Shown here piece by piece: positions 1 to 11,739 of a stretch of 64,000 bases of DNA. Each line of letters starts with the position of its first letter. Position 1 is the first letter of the stretch. The notes beneath the pieces were generated by a model, which saw nothing but the letters and a program-made list of their open reading frames with translations, did no database searches and was not told where the DNA came from. The translations under genes and the position numbers were made by a program. Origin of the DNA: Alphaproteobacteria bacterium (GTDB lineage Bacteria > Pseudomonadota > Alphaproteobacteria > GM7ARS4 > G965262615); contig OZ253545.1 of the NCBI GenBank assembly GCA_965262615.1, positions 128,001-192,000 on the forward strand, in the 5' to 3' direction.

Positions 1-1
1 A

Positions 2-109
2 ACTGACAAAAAAACCGACAAAAAAACCAAAGGCAAAAAAAGCAAAAGCAAGGATAATGTCATCGCTCTCAGCGAATTTCAAAAAGACAAAAATGAGCCC
101 TCACCATGA
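2..109 (+). CDS. sspB: 3' end of ClpXP adaptor SspB (partial at window edge)
   Basis: Frame 2 reads ..[21 protein letters not shown], resembling the alphaproteobacterial SspB C-terminal VVSLDxFRKK motif; stop overlaps the fumC ATG, the usual synteny. Confidence 0.6.
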   Translation, partial: TDKKTDKKTKGKKSKSKDNVIALSEFQKDKNEPSP

Positions 110-1509
110 ACACTCATCGTGAGGAACGCGACTCGCTTGGCTCGGTGCGAGTTCCCAAAGACTGCTATTGGGGGGCGCAAACGCAACGCTCCGTGATGAA
201 TTTCGCCATCGGCACGGAATCCATGCCATGGGAACTCATTGATGCCTTCGCCATTCAAAAAATAGCCGCCGCCATATGTAATTATCACTTGGGCTTGCTG
301 GACAAAAAAATCTGTGATGCCATCGTTCGCGCCGCCAGCAAAATTCGTGAGGGTTCGGTGAGAGATCAATTTCCTCTTAAAGTCTGGCAGACGGGCTCAG
401 GCACGCAAACCAACATGAACATGAATGAGGTCATCAGCAATCTTGCCATTGAATCACTGGGAGGGACACGGGGCAGCAAAGACCCCATTCATCCCAATGA
501 CCATTGCAACATGAGCCAATCCTCCAATGATTCCTTTCCCACCGCCATGCACATAGCCACCGCCCGCATGGTTCATGATGTTGTGTTGCCCGCCTTTGAT
601 TCGTTCATTGCCTCACTGGCGGCAAAGGAGCGAGAGTTTGCCTCCATCATCAAAATCGGACGCACCCACACGCAAGATGCCACACCTCTCACCTTGGGTC
701 AGGTTTTTTCCGCGTATGGCAGTCATGTGTCGTCTCACCGCGATCACATCGCTCGCTGTCTGGACGGCGTGACAATGCTGGCACAGGGAGGCACGGCGGT
801 GGGAACAGGACTCAACGCCCCGCAAGGATTTGATGAAATGATGGCAAAAGAAATCAGTGCTCTCACCAAAATAAAATTTCGCCCTGCTCATAATAAATTT
901 GCGGCTCTGGCATCTCATGATGGCATCAGTCAATTGGCATCGGTGCTGAGCTCTGCCTCCGCCGTCTTGCTTAAAATAGGCAATGACATTCGTCTGTTGG
1001 CATCGGGACCTCGCAGTGGCTTGGGTGAATTGATTTTGCCGGCATTGGAGCCAGGGTCTTCCATCATGCCGGGCAAGGTCAATCCCACGCAATGCGAGGC
1101 ATTGACGCAAGTGGCGGCGCAAGTGATTGGCAACAGCACCACCATCACGGTGGCGTGCAGTCATGGACAATTTGAACTCAATGTCTTTAAGCCTGTGGTC
1201 ATCTATAATATGCTTCAATCGCTGCGCTTGATTGCCGATGCCATGAATTCATTTCGCACTCACTGTCTGGATGGCATCATCGCCAATGAACAACGCATTC
1301 ACCTGTTGATGGAACAATCGCTCATGCTGGTCACGGCTTTGAATAAACATATTGGGTATGATCGCGCCGCCGCCATTGCCAAAAAAGCTCACGAGACCGG
1401 TAGCACGCTGCGTGATGCCGCCACCGAGAGCGGATGGGTCACCTCACAGCAATTTGATGACTGGGTGAAGCCGAACGCCATGCTCGCTCCATTCTCTTTA
1501 GAAAAATGA
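106..1509 (+). CDS. fumC: fumarate hydratase class II
   Basis: [22 protein letters not shown] and [15 protein letters not shown] signatures. Confidence 0.98.
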   Translation: MNTHREERDSLGSVRVPKDCYWGAQTQRSVMNFAIGTESMPWELIDAFAIQKIAAAICNYHLGLLDKKICDAIVRAASKIREGSVRDQFPLKVWQTGSGTQTNMNMNEVISNLAIESLGGTRGSKDPIHPNDHCNMSQSSNDSFPTAMHIATARMVHDVVLPAFDSFIASLAAKEREFASIIKIGRTHTQDATPLTLGQVFSAYGSHVSSHRDHIARCLDGVTMLAQGGTAVGTGLNAPQGFDEMMAKEISALTKIKFRPAHNKFAALASHDGISQLASVLSSASAVLLKIGNDIRLLASGPRSGLGELILPALEPGSSIMPGKVNPTQCEALTQVAAQVIGNSTTITVACSHGQFELNVFKPVVIYNMLQSLRLIADAMNSFRTHCLDGIIANEQRIHLLMEQSLMLVTALNKHIGYDRAAAIAKKAHETGSTLRDAATESGWVTSQQFDDWVKPNAMLAPFSLEK

Positions 1510-2459
1510 AAGACACCCACTCACTCATGGCAGATTTGCACGCGGCGGTGGCGCGCGTGATCAAGGGACAAGATGGGGTCATCTCATCGGTTCTGACGGC
1601 GATTTTGGCAGAGGGACATGTGTTGCTGGTGGGCGTTCCCGGCGTCGGCAAGACTCTGCTCACGCGCACACTGGCGGTGGTGATGGGACTGGACAGCAAA
1701 CGCATTCAATGCACCCCCGATTTGATGCCCAGCGATATCATCGGCAGTGATATATTGGATGAACACGATGGAACGCGTCAATTTCGCTTTGTGGAAGGAA
1801 CGGTCTTTACTCAGTTGCTGCTAGCCGATGAGATCAATCGCGCGAGCCCCAAGACGCAAAGCGCGCTGCTGGAGGCAATGGAAGAGCGCGCCATTTCCAC
1901 AGGCGGCACGAGCCATCCCCTGCCGCATCCGTTTCATGTGCTGGCGACTCATAATCCGCTGGAACAAGAGGGGACATATCCTTTGCCGGAAGCTCAGTTA
2001 GACCGTTTTATTCTGCGCTGCATGATGGACTATCCCTCTGCCAAGAGCGAAGAAGAAATCATCATCACCACCACCGCCGCCAAGCCGCCTGAGGCACAAG
2101 CTGTCATGAATGCCGACCAATTGATGCACTGCCAACACAATCTCAAACACATGCCCATTGCGAGCCATGTGAGCGGCGGCATCACCCGCCTCATTCAAGG
2201 ATTGCGTCCTCACAGTCTCTACGATGACTCTTTGAAGGATCAGATTGCGTGGGGACCTGGTCCTCGTGCGGGACAATCGCTGCTGCGTCTGGCTCGAGCG
2301 CGTGCGGCACTGGATGGCAGAGAATCACCCTCACCCGATGATGTCCATGCCCTTGCCATTGCCGCCTTGGCTCACCGCATGGCACTGTCGCCCTACGCCC
2401 AATTGGAGCATCACGACTGTCACGCCATCATTCGCGCGGCTGCCGATGCCCTTCTTTGA
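1506..2459 (+). CDS. MoxR-family AAA+ ATPase
   Basis: Walker [41 protein letters not shown]. Confidence 0.95.
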   Translation: MKDTHSLMADLHAAVARVIKGQDGVISSVLTAILAEGHVLLVGVPGVGKTLLTRTLAVVMGLDSKRIQCTPDLMPSDIIGSDILDEHDGTRQFRFVEGTVFTQLLLADEINRASPKTQSALLEAMEERAISTGGTSHPLPHPFHVLATHNPLEQEGTYPLPEAQLDRFILRCMMDYPSAKSEEEIIITTTAAKPPEAQAVMNADQLMHCQHNLKHMPIASHVSGGITRLIQGLRPHSLYDDSLKDQIAWGPGPRAGQSLLRLARARAALDGRESPSPDDVHALAIAALAHRMALSPYAQLEHHDCHAIIRAAADALL

Positions 2460-3333
2460 GCCCTTCTTTAAGAAAGACACGGCGGCACACTGGGTGCATG
2501 AGGCGCGCGTGCTGTTTAGCCAATTGCCCGCACGGGGGCTTGTGGGAAGCCGCAAAGCCAATGCACCCTTTCTGTCAGGACAGCACCCCAGCCAGCTGCA
2601 TGGAGAGGGCAGTGAGTTTCATCAGCTGCGTCCCTTTCAGCAGGGCGATCCTCTCACCGCCATTGATTGGCGCGCCACCGCTCGCACCGCTCGCCAGGTC
2701 ATCACCAAAGAAAAAAAACGAGAAGGACAAATCAAAACCCTCCTTGTCTGTGATGCCTCCGCCTCCATGACTCATGATGCCCTCATGGCAAAATATGAGC
2801 GCGCCGCGACGCTCAGCCTCACCCTTGCCCTTGCCATTCGCAAAAACGAACAAAGCCTCATTGTCTATCGCACGCGCCAACGCAACCAAGACATCATGGC
2901 GATGGCGCGTCATTTGTGGCAAGAAACACGCCTTGCAACCCCCGCGTCATTGGAAGAGCGATTGCACCATCACGGCAAGGGCTACCGTCTTATTTTGATG
3001 ACTGACGGATTTTTGCCGCGCGATGAGTGGCGCACAATTTTTCAAACAATCACTGGGCACGCCATGCGCGGTGCGTTGGTGCTGATTCATGCGCGCGAGG
3101 AGATGGCGTTTCCTTTCACGGGGCGTATTCTTTTCTCCGATGAACACAATGAGCGGCTCATTTATTCAGCCTCTCATCAGCAAGCGCACTACATAAAGGC
3201 GTTGCGTTTGCATCATGACTGGCTCTATGAACAGGCTCACAAATCGTCCTTGCGTTGCTTCACCCACTGCATTGATGAGGATGCGCGCGCTTTGCTTGTC
3301 TCTGTGACTCATCATTTGACGGATTTAACATGA
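2446..3333 (+). CDS. DUF58 (vWA-like) MoxR partner protein
   Basis: GSEFHQLRPFQQGD..IDWRATAR and DASASM motifs; start taken at the ATG overlapping moxR. Confidence 0.88.
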   Translation: MPFFEPFFKKDTAAHWVHEARVLFSQLPARGLVGSRKANAPFLSGQHPSQLHGEGSEFHQLRPFQQGDPLTAIDWRATARTARQVITKEKKREGQIKTLLVCDASASMTHDALMAKYERAATLSLTLALAIRKNEQSLIVYRTRQRNQDIMAMARHLWQETRLATPASLEERLHHHGKGYRLILMTDGFLPRDEWRTIFQTITGHAMRGALVLIHAREEMAFPFTGRILFSDEHNERLIYSASHQQAHYIKALRLHHDWLYEQAHKSSLRCFTHCIDEDARALLVSVTHHLTDLT

Positions 3334-3334
3334 G

Positions 3335-5932
3335 ATGTCATCGGTTCAATTGACCTATCCCCTGTTTTTGATTCTTTTGGTATTGTTGCCTTTTTTGTGG
3401 CGTTTCTTGCGTCACATGCCGCCTGCTCCTCGCCGTGTTTTTTTCGGCGGCACGATGTTACTGCAGCAAAAAGCCATGCGCTCTGAGAAAAAAAAGCACA
3501 ATGTGTGGCTGTTGCTTCTGCGTTTGCTGGCGGTGGCACTGATGATTGTGGCGGCATCGCAGCCACGCCTTTTTGATGACACCGCACCGCTATCCACCAC
3601 TAGCGACACCCCTCCTTTGCTCATCATGGATTTAGATTGGGCAAGCGGTCAGAATTTCGCCGCCATGCAGGAACAAGCCGTGACATGGCTGGATGGTCAT
3701 GGTGCGCCGGTGCTGCTGTTCAGCACCACCCCAACGACACGCGGCTCTGTGTTGCCGCCTCAATTGATGAGTGAGCGTGCCGCGCGGCGATGGGTGCAAC
3801 AACAGGTGCCGCGCGCATGGTTCAATGACTACGAGGAAGCGCAATCCCTGCTTGCCTCTGTTCGTGCCTCTCGCGTGATGTGGGTCACGCACGACATGAC
3901 ACAACAGGATAAAAAAGAATTTGCCGATTTTCTCGCCGCCAAAGGCGACCTCACCATTGCACTGACACCTCTTCCCTCTCTTGCCATTGTCGGGCAACCT
4001 CGCGATGGCGCGCCTGCCACCGCCATTGCCGATGTTAAAAGCCGTGATGACTCCCTTGCGCGCGCCTTATCATTCGCCAATCACAAAGGACGCAATCAAA
4101 CCACCGTGACGATTTCTGGCTCTGCTGCGATTGATATGCCTCCCCTGCTGAAGACGCGCGAACCCACCGCTGAGCTCATTGTCTCTGACCAACGCCATGC
4201 GGCGGCTCGTTTATTATTTGCGCGGGCTCTGCCTTCGTGGCGTTTGGGAATCATTGCAGGACGACAAGTCTCGCCGCTGTTGGAGGAATCTCACTACATC
4301 ACGCAAGCATCGGTGAGATTTTCCTCGCCTCTGACTGGCACGGTGCAATCATTGCAACAACAAAGCCGCGTCATCATTCGCACCGACAATGTCACCCTCA
4401 CGCCTGAACAAGAAGAATCCCTCACCCAATGGGTGGCGGATGGGGGTCATCTCATTCGCTTTGCTGGCTCGCGTCTTTATCATCTGGCTGACAATCAGCC
4501 TTATGCACACTTTGCCTTGACTCCCCTGCAACAAGGTGAGCTCTCCGAGCGCGCCGCTCTGCCTTTGCTGCCTTTTGCGCAAACGAGTCCCTTGTTTGAT
4601 GTGTCCATTCCCTCTGACCTCACCCTCACGCCACATCTGTTGCTGCGCGAGCAGCCTGATTCTCCCATTGAAATCTGGGCACAATTGGAGGGAGGCATTC
4701 CGTGGATTGTCAGCCGTCCCCACCATAAGGGGCGAGAGACTCTTGTTCTCACCACCGCCAACACCGAGTGGAGCGATTTGGTGCTGTCGCCGCTTTTTCC
4801 ACCTCTGCTGGAACGCCTCACCGCCGTGCAAACCTCGTTTGTCGCCGACAACACCGCCGCCAGCAGTGGCGAGTGGCAGGCTCTTGTCACCCTCAACGGC
4901 TATGGCGAACGCACGCCTCATGATGATTCGTTTTTTGCCTCATTTGACACCACCGATGCTCCCAGTGCGGCTCATCCCCCCGGCTTGTATCGCCATCGCC
5001 TCAATGGCATCACGGTGGCGCACAATCTTGGCGACCACATTGATGACCTCACGCCCTTTGCCGATTTCCCCGCTTCTGCCCGCTTTGCTCATGATGGCAA
5101 TTCCACGCAACCCATCATTGATCTGGCACCCTATCTGGCATTGGTTGCCTTGTTGTTATGGCTGATGGATTTATGGCTGCTGCGATTTTTATCCTATCTC
5201 ATCTTGGTGTTGATTGTTCTTCCCAGCCCGTCATGGGGGGATATCAGCGATGACGGTTGGCGGGCGGCGAGTCATCCCACCATTGGCATCATTTCGCAAA
5301 GCACCGTGCCTTCGTGGCTGCACCAAGCTCTCAAAGGCATCAGTGATACCACCAGCCAGCGCACCACCACCGACATGGCAACCCCACGCATCGTTGACCT
5401 GCAAAGCGACACCCTGCCTCTGTATCCCATGCTCTATTGGCGTTTTGCCGATGGCATGAAGCCTCTGGACAAAAATCAGGCAGCTCGTCTCAATCGCTAC
5501 ATGGAACAAGGAGGCATCCTGCTCTTGGATGTCAGTGACTGGGAGGGCGATGTCACCACCATGACGCGCCATCTGGTCATTCCGCCCCTTGTCCCTATGC
5601 CTTATGACCATGCTCTCACGCGCGCTTTTTATCTGTTGGAGCGCGCTCCCAATTTCAATAGCCAAGATGTCTGGCTGAGTCGTCAGCCTCATCCTCTTCA
5701 TGACCATGTGAGTCCTGTCATTGTTCTGAATCATGATTATGCTCGTATGTGGCTGGCGTATCATGTGAGTCGTCATTCGTCTTCGCCTTTTGCTGCGCCG
5801 CCCGCTGCCAGTGTGGATGGCGCGGTGCGCTTTGGCGTCAATCTCATCCTTTATGGATTGACCGGACAATACAAAAAAGACCAGGTGCATCTGGATATCA
5901 TCCTCAAGCGTCTGAAAAACAGAGCCCGCTGA
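3335..5932 (+). CDS. BatA N-terminal / DUF4159 domain membrane protein
   Basis: N-terminal TM and LLLLRLL..A..P (BatA-like); C-terminal YPMLYW..RFGVNLILYGLTGQYKKDQVH; MoxR cluster context. Confidence 0.85.
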   Translation: MSSVQLTYPLFLILLVLLPFLWRFLRHMPPAPRRVFFGGTMLLQQKAMRSEKKKHNVWLLLLRLLAVALMIVAASQPRLFDDTAPLSTTSDTPPLLIMDLDWASGQNFAAMQEQAVTWLDGHGAPVLLFSTTPTTRGSVLPPQLMSERAARRWVQQQVPRAWFNDYEEAQSLLASVRASRVMWVTHDMTQQDKKEFADFLAAKGDLTIALTPLPSLAIVGQPRDGAPATAIADVKSRDDSLARALSFANHKGRNQTTVTISGSAAIDMPPLLKTREPTAELIVSDQRHAAARLLFARALPSWRLGIIAGRQVSPLLEESHYITQASVRFSSPLTGTVQSLQQQSRVIIRTDNVTLTPEQEESLTQWVADGGHLIRFAGSRLYHLADNQPYAHFALTPLQQGELSERAALPLLPFAQTSPLFDVSIPSDLTLTPHLLLREQPDSPIEIWAQLEGGIPWIVSRPHHKGRETLVLTTANTEWSDLVLSPLFPPLLERLTAVQTSFVADNTAASSGEWQALVTLNGYGERTPHDDSFFASFDTTDAPSAAHPPGLYRHRLNGITVAHNLGDHIDDLTPFADFPASARFAHDGNSTQPIIDLAPYLALVALLLWLMDLWLLRFLSYLILVLIVLPSPSWGDISDDGWRAASHPTIGIISQSTVPSWLHQALKGISDTTSQRTTTDMATPRIVDLQSDTLPLYPMLYWRFADGMKPLDKNQAARLNRYMEQGGILLLDVSDWEGDVTTMTRHLVIPPLVPMPYDHALTRAFYLLERAPNFNSQDVWLSRQPHPLHDHVSPVIVLNHDYARMWLAYHVSRHSSSPFAAPPAASVDGAVRFGVNLILYGLTGQYKKDQVHLDIILKRLKNRAR

Positions 5933-7953
5933 TGCACACCATCATCCTTGAGCCCCTGATTCCTGTGTCTGTGCTCATCCCCCTGCTCACGGTGATGCTG
6001 GTGACACTCCTCACGGCGCGCCGCCGTATTGCTTTGGTGTGGCGACTCATCTCACTGGTGCTGTTTGCTTGGGTGCTTGCCAATCCCACCATTGAGACCA
6101 CCCAAGGAGCTGCCGTGCCACCATCGGTGCTCATCCTTATTGATGAGTCCGCCAGCATGGAACTCAATAACGGCATTTTCAAAGCCGAAGAAAAAGCACA
6201 GCAACTCAGCGACATCATCAAGCAGCAAAAACCAAACGCGCGGGTGATTGTCAAACGCATGAGCCATCATGAGAGTGAAGAGACCCACCTCTTCGCCGCT
6301 CTCAAAGATGCCCTTGCCTCTGTGACCGTCACCCACTGGAGTGCCATCGTGCTGGTGAGTGACGGCATTGTCCATGACGCGCCCTCATCCACAGAGGCAA
6401 GCCGCCTGTTGCAACAAATCAATGCACCCATTCACCTCATCCATGTGGGAGACCCACCACATCATGACCGCCGTCTCATCGTGGACAATCACCCCACCTT
6501 TGCCCTCAAGGGCAGCTCCGTCCAAGTGCGCCTCACCGCCACCAGCACCCATTCCCAAGACCGACTCATTCCCCTCACCATCTTTTATGATGACCGCGAG
6601 TGGAAAAATATGACCCTCACGCCAGGAGAAACACGCACCATCACCCTGCCCATCACTCATATTGGCAAAAATCGCTATCATTTCTCTGTCCCCGCCGCTC
6701 TGGAAGAAAATTACACCCTCAATAATGATGACTTTCTCACCATAGAAGCTTTGCACGATTCGGTGCGGGTGCTGTTGCTGTCTGGCGCGCCATCTCTGGA
6801 GGGACGTCCTCTGCGAGATTTTCTCAAAGCCGATGGTTCGGTCAATTTGGTGCATTTGACCATTTTGCGCAGTGGTCCCATCATGGACAATGTCTCCGAG
6901 CGCGAGCGGGCGTTGATTGACTTTCCCGAACGAGAGGTGTTCTCAGAACAAATTGGCGAATTTGATGTGATTATTTTCAATAACTATCGCCACAACAGCA
7001 TCATTCGCCCTGCTTATGCTCACGCCATTGAGCGGCATGTGCGAGCGGGGGCAGGCTTGATGATGATTGAAGGAGACCCGCCGCGCAATGCTCAAGCCAC
7101 CACGCACCATGCCCTTCATGCACTGCTGCCACTGCTGCCGTCTGCGCCACCGCGGCTGAAATCGTATGAAGTGCGGCACAGTGACATCGGCACAAAGCAT
7201 CCCATCACGCGCGATCTGCCTCTTGATGACAGTGCGCCGTGGCTCATCATCACGCCCACGCGCCTTAAAAAGAATAACGGCACTGTCTTGCTGGAAGACT
7301 CCATTGACAAGCACACCATCCTCGCCATCCGAGAAGAGGAAAAAGGACGCATCGCCCAATTCGCCACCAACAATAATTGGCTATGGGCACGGGGGTTTCA
7401 AGGAGGCGGACCGCATGCTCAGTTGCTCAAAAAAACCATCCATTGGCTGCTCAAAGACCCCACATTGGAAGAGGAGCGTCTGATTGCCGCGATTGATCAC
7501 AATCAGCTCACCATCACACGCCACAGCGCGCGCCAACTGCCGCCACAGCTCACCGTCACCGACCCCGCCGGTGACACCACCACACTGCCTCTCGCTGCCA
7601 GCAATGATTTCACCGCCACCGCCGCCATGACCATCGCTCATAAAGGACTCTACCGCATTGACGATGGCACGCTGGCGACCACCGCACGCACCCCATTTGG
7701 CAAAGAATACCATTCCATCACGCCCACCGCCGAGCCTTTGTCGGCACTGCTGGCGAACGGAACAATCATCACCAATGCCATACTACAACCCCAATGGGAC
7801 ACATCTCTTGATGCCGGCACATTCACCTTTCTTGAACACGAAGAGCTCGTGCCTCATCGCCTGACGCAGCAGCCTCTTGTGCCTGAGTGGCTGTTGGTGA
7901 TGCTGCTGGCGTTGTCGGTCGTTGCCAGCTGGTATCGCGAAAGTCGTTTTTAG
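5932..7953 (+). CDS. MoxR-cluster membrane protein (vWA + glutamine amidotransferase-like domain)
   Basis: IDESASM, VSDGIVHD, RVLLLSGAP..LVHLTILR, WLWARGFQGGGPH. Confidence 0.8.
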   Translation: MHTIILEPLIPVSVLIPLLTVMLVTLLTARRRIALVWRLISLVLFAWVLANPTIETTQGAAVPPSVLILIDESASMELNNGIFKAEEKAQQLSDIIKQQKPNARVIVKRMSHHESEETHLFAALKDALASVTVTHWSAIVLVSDGIVHDAPSSTEASRLLQQINAPIHLIHVGDPPHHDRRLIVDNHPTFALKGSSVQVRLTATSTHSQDRLIPLTIFYDDREWKNMTLTPGETRTITLPITHIGKNRYHFSVPAALEENYTLNNDDFLTIEALHDSVRVLLLSGAPSLEGRPLRDFLKADGSVNLVHLTILRSGPIMDNVSERERALIDFPEREVFSEQIGEFDVIIFNNYRHNSIIRPAYAHAIERHVRAGAGLMMIEGDPPRNAQATTHHALHALLPLLPSAPPRLKSYEVRHSDIGTKHPITRDLPLDDSAPWLIITPTRLKKNNGTVLLEDSIDKHTILAIREEEKGRIAQFATNNNWLWARGFQGGGPHAQLLKKTIHWLLKDPTLEEERLIAAIDHNQLTITRHSARQLPPQLTVTDPAGDTTTLPLAASNDFTATAAMTIAHKGLYRIDDGTLATTARTPFGKEYHSITPTAEPLSALLANGTIITNAILQPQWDTSLDAGTFTFLEHEELVPHRLTQQPLVPEWLLVMLLALSVVASWYRESRF

Positions 7954-9209
7954 AGGCGATGATGCGCCGCCATGCATGAGGCAAACTCCTCAAACAAGTG
8001 CGCCGCATCATGAGGACCTGGGGAGGCTTCGGGATGATGCTGCACCGAAAAAAATGGCTTTCCCCGAATTTCAATGCCCTCAACCGTGCCATCAAACAAT
8101 GACCGATGCGTCACCGTGACATCGGCGGGCAGGCTGTCCTCCACCACCACAAAGCCATGATTTTGCGCGGTAATCTCCACCCGCCCACTGCGCTCATCTC
8201 GCACGGGATGATTGCCACCCCTGTGTCCAAGCGTCATTTTTTTGGTTTTTGCTCCCAGAGCCAATGCCAACAACTGATGCCCCAAACACACACCAAACAA
8301 AGGAACGCCCGCCGCCATCAATTCCCTAATAACGCCATTGCTGGTGCGTGATGTGGCATGGGGGTCACCCGGTCCATTGGAGAGAAACACGCCGTGCGGC
8401 TCGTGAGCCAAAATCTCCTGTGCCGAGGCGCAAGGGGGCACAACGGTGATGCTCGCCCCAATGGCACTCAATTGACGCAGCAACGCTTCCTTGATGCCGT
8501 AATCAATCGCCACCACCCGAAAGCGTCCCTTTGTGTGATGAGGCTCATAGCCACTGCCATGATGCCACACGCCGCCATCTTGCCACACACGCGCCTCTGC
8601 ACTCGCCACGCGGCTTGCCCAATCCTCACCCTTGAGAGACGATACATCGCGCGCCTGTTGCAATAATGCTTCCTTGTCAAATTGCCCCTTCTCATCATGA
8701 CACAGCAGTGCACCCACCGCCCCGCGTTCACGAATATCCTGCGTGATGGCGCGCGTATCAACGCCATAGATTCCCACAATCCCGTGCCTAACAAGCCAGT
8801 CATGCAAAGAAGAAACCGACCTGTAGTTGGAAGGAGCGGTGGGACGATTCGCCATCACCACCCCCCGTGCCTGAGGATGACGCGCCTCATGATCCTCCTC
8901 ATTGACCCCCACATTGCCAATATGAGGCGCAGTGAAATTAATAATCTGTCCCGCATAGGAAGGGTCGGTGATGATTTCCTGATAGCCCGTCATGGAGGTA
9001 TTGAAGCACATCTCGCCCGTGACCATCCCTGTCGCGCCACATCCATAACCACCATAAATTGTGCCGTGCGAAAGCACCAATAATGCTGTGCAAACAGAAT
9101 CATCGTGCGGTGATGGTTTCATATGCGAATCATCTCGCAATGGCTGCTCGGTCGCACCAAGATGATCATCTTGCCGAATTGACTTATGCCCACCAAAATC
9201 AAAGTCCAT
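7950..9209 (-). CDS. carA: carbamoyl-phosphate synthase small subunit
   Basis: FNTSMTGYQE..TDPSY, LSNGPGDP, GVCLGHQ, HPEASPGPHD; true start may lie downstream of 9209. Confidence 0.97.
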   Translation of the reverse strand: MDFDFGGHKSIRQDDHLGATEQPLRDDSHMKPSPHDDSVCTALLVLSHGTIYGGYGCGATGMVTGEMCFNTSMTGYQEIITDPSYAGQIINFTAPHIGNVGVNEEDHEARHPQARGVVMANRPTAPSNYRSVSSLHDWLVRHGIVGIYGVDTRAITQDIRERGAVGALLCHDEKGQFDKEALLQQARDVSSLKGEDWASRVASAEARVWQDGGVWHHGSGYEPHHTKGRFRVVAIDYGIKEALLRQLSAIGASITVVPPCASAQEILAHEPHGVFLSNGPGDPHATSRTSNGVIRELMAAGVPLFGVCLGHQLLALALGAKTKKMTLGHRGGNHPVRDERSGRVEITAQNHGFVVVEDSLPADVTVTHRSLFDGTVEGIEIRGKPFFSVQHHPEASPGPHDAAHLFEEFASCMAAHHRL

Positions 9210-9259
9210 AAGACCTTATACCTCTTTCGTCACAAAACTGCAAATACTTAAAAACGGTG

Positions 9260-9336
9260 ATTGTTCCTTTTATCACAACACCCTTCATGATATAACGATT
9301 ATTGTTCCTTTTATCACGACACCCTTCATGATATAA
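9260..9336 (+). repeat. 36-bp direct repeat (period 41) containing the yqeY -10 box
   Basis: attgttccttttatcac(a/g)acacccttcatgatataa at 9260-9295 and 9301-9336. Confidence 0.9.
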
Positions 9337-9343
9337 TGTCTTC

Positions 9344-9808
9344 ATGAGCCTACAAGAGACCATCACCCAGCATTTGCATCAAGCGATGAAGGATAAAGAC
9401 ACGCTGAAAACCAATCTCCTGCGCCTCATCAATGCAGCGATTTTGGATGCTCAAGTCAAAGCCACCACCGATGGCACACGAAAAAATTTGAGCGATGAAG
9501 ATGTTATCACCATTTTAGATGGCTTGGTCAAACGGGGACAAGAATCGCTGCGGCTGTATCGTGAGGCGGGCGACACGGCGCGCGCCCAAGCCGAAGAAAA
9601 AGAAATCGCCATTCTAAAAGAATTTCTACCCCAGCGTCTTGATGAACACGCAACCCACAAAGCCGCAACTGAAATCATTGCATCTCTCGGTGCCACCTCA
9701 ATGCGCGACATGGGCAAAGTCATGGGACAATTGCAAAAACAATATGGCGCGTCATTGGATAAATCCCTCACCGCCCAAGTGGTCAAAAATTTGTTGAGTG
9801 GTGGATGA
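9344..9808 (+). CDS. GatB/YqeY domain protein
   Basis: AMKDKD..LRLINAAI, E..EIAIL.EFLP, MRDMGKVMG; precedes dnaG. Confidence 0.93.
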   Translation: MSLQETITQHLHQAMKDKDTLKTNLLRLINAAILDAQVKATTDGTRKNLSDEDVITILDGLVKRGQESLRLYREAGDTARAQAEEKEIAILKEFLPQRLDEHATHKAATEIIASLGATSMRDMGKVMGQLQKQYGASLDKSLTAQVVKNLLSGG

Positions 9809-11543
9809 AGTGAACGACTCCTTTTCCGCTTTTCTCAAGCAACTCCAACATCGCACCAACATTGTGACGCTGATAGGACGTTATGTCTCTTTGACAAAAA
9901 AGGGAAAAAATTACTGGGGATTGTGTCCCTTTCATAAGGAAAAAACGCCATCCTTTTCGGTCAAAGAAGATGGTGGCTTCTATTACTGTTTTGGCTGTGG
10001 TGCGAAAGGCAATGCCATCAAATTTTTACAAGAAAAAGAGGGCTTGGATTTCATGGCGGCGGTGCAGCGATTAGCACATGACGCGGGAATGACCGTTCCC
10101 ACCGAGCGCAAAAAAGCCCCATCCCCCGAACACAAACAACTCTTAGACCTCATGAACGAGGCTTCTGCTTGGTATCGTGTCCAATTGACACAACCTGACG
10201 CATCTCACGCGCAAAAATGGCTCGCACAACGCCAGATCTCTGATGACACCCAAAAGCTTTTTCAATTGGGCTATGCCCCGAAAGATGGCAAACGGCTATT
10301 GGCTCATCTCAAAGGCAAGGGATTTAGCGATGACCTCATCGCCAAGGCGGGAATCACCGCCACTGGTGACAATACCGCTCCTTATCATCGCTATCACAAC
10401 CGCATCATCTTTCCCATTCATGATGATAGCGGGAACATCATCGCCTTTGGCGGACGCGACCTGGGCAATGCTCCCGCCAAATACATCAATTCCCCCAGCA
10501 CCGTTCTTTTTAACAAAAAACAAACCCTCTACGGCTTGCACCATGCACTGGATGCCATCAAAGAAAAACGCGCGGTGATTGTCACGGAAGGCTACATGGA
10601 CAGCATTGCCTTACGACAGGCGGGCATTCATCACACGGTCGCCACTTTGGGAACAAGCATCAACAAAGACCACATCCTCACCTTATGGCGTTGGTGCGAT
10701 TGTCCTTTGCTGTGCTTTGATGGTGACATGGCGGGTGAAGCGGCTGCCATGCGCGCCATCACACAAGCACTGCCCTTTGTCACAACTCGCAAACAACTGG
10801 CAGTGGTCATGCTACCCGCCAAGGAAGACCCCGATTCGTTCATTCGTCATCACGGAGCGGATGCTTTTCACCAATTATGCCGTGAGGCGCGCCCACTGTT
10901 TGATTGCCTTGTCACCATGCTCATTCATCATGACAGTTTTGCAACGCCCGAACGGGAAGCCGATGCTGATGCCGCCATTGATCGTTTCCTTGAGCCGATG
11001 AAAGACCGTAAGCTGAAACATTCCTATCTCCGTCATGTGCGCGACGCTTTTCGAGATCTGCGTTCAGGCAAACTCGCCTTTAAACCCCTCATCGCTCGCC
11101 CTCCCATGCAGAGCTCCCAACAACAAATCAAACAAACCGAAGCTGCCATCTTGTCGCTGCTGCTCGCCCATCCACGCCTCATTGAGCAATGGCATGGTGC
11201 TCTCATCAATTATGATGACCATAATTCCTCCCTCGCTTCATTAAAAAATCATATTCTTACCTCCCCTCATGAGCATAGAAGCTCCGCCGCTCAGCTGAAA
11301 CAGTATCTCACTGAGCAACGCCACATGACGCAACAAATCGCCGATTTGCCTGACGTCCATGACGACAACCCCGATAAACGCATGGAGCTGTTGATGAAAC
11401 AGCTGGAAAAAGACGCTATCAATCGTCAAAAAAACGAATCCCTTCCTAATGAGCAACTGTTTATCACCTTAAAAAGGGAAGAAGTCGCCCATAATCAGCA
11501 GACGCGTCAATTGCTTGCACAAAACGGTGAAAAAAAACTCTAA
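9798..11543 (+). CDS. dnaG: DNA primase
   Basis: CPFHKEKTPSF zinc finger, KYINSP, TOPRIM EGYMD, FDGD.AG. Confidence 0.97.
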   Translation: MVDEVNDSFSAFLKQLQHRTNIVTLIGRYVSLTKKGKNYWGLCPFHKEKTPSFSVKEDGGFYYCFGCGAKGNAIKFLQEKEGLDFMAAVQRLAHDAGMTVPTERKKAPSPEHKQLLDLMNEASAWYRVQLTQPDASHAQKWLAQRQISDDTQKLFQLGYAPKDGKRLLAHLKGKGFSDDLIAKAGITATGDNTAPYHRYHNRIIFPIHDDSGNIIAFGGRDLGNAPAKYINSPSTVLFNKKQTLYGLHHALDAIKEKRAVIVTEGYMDSIALRQAGIHHTVATLGTSINKDHILTLWRWCDCPLLCFDGDMAGEAAAMRAITQALPFVTTRKQLAVVMLPAKEDPDSFIRHHGADAFHQLCREARPLFDCLVTMLIHHDSFATPEREADADAAIDRFLEPMKDRKLKHSYLRHVRDAFRDLRSGKLAFKPLIARPPMQSSQQQIKQTEAAILSLLLAHPRLIEQWHGALINYDDHNSSLASLKNHILTSPHEHRSSAAQLKQYLTEQRHMTQQIADLPDVHDDNPDKRMELLMKQLEKDAINRQKNESLPNEQLFITLKREEVAHNQQTRQLLAQNGEKKL

Positions 11544-11739
11544 GACATCTTGTCTTTGCTCATTTTTTTGCTATGTGAGAGAGAAGTCTTCGCTTTGATG
11601 AATGGTTCATGAACCCTTGACGCTCCATCCGTGATGTGGCATGGATGGACAGCCAATTTCACCGATACGGTCACAGTCGTCACGCGGCAGGCGATGCAAC
11701 CCAACAACAGCCAAAAATGGCAGCAAAAGGAAGAGAGCG

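Noticed and set aside
1506-7953. MoxR-DUF58-DUF4159-vWA cluster as a novel system
   Set aside because: Well-known conserved alphaproteobacterial cluster with host-like composition
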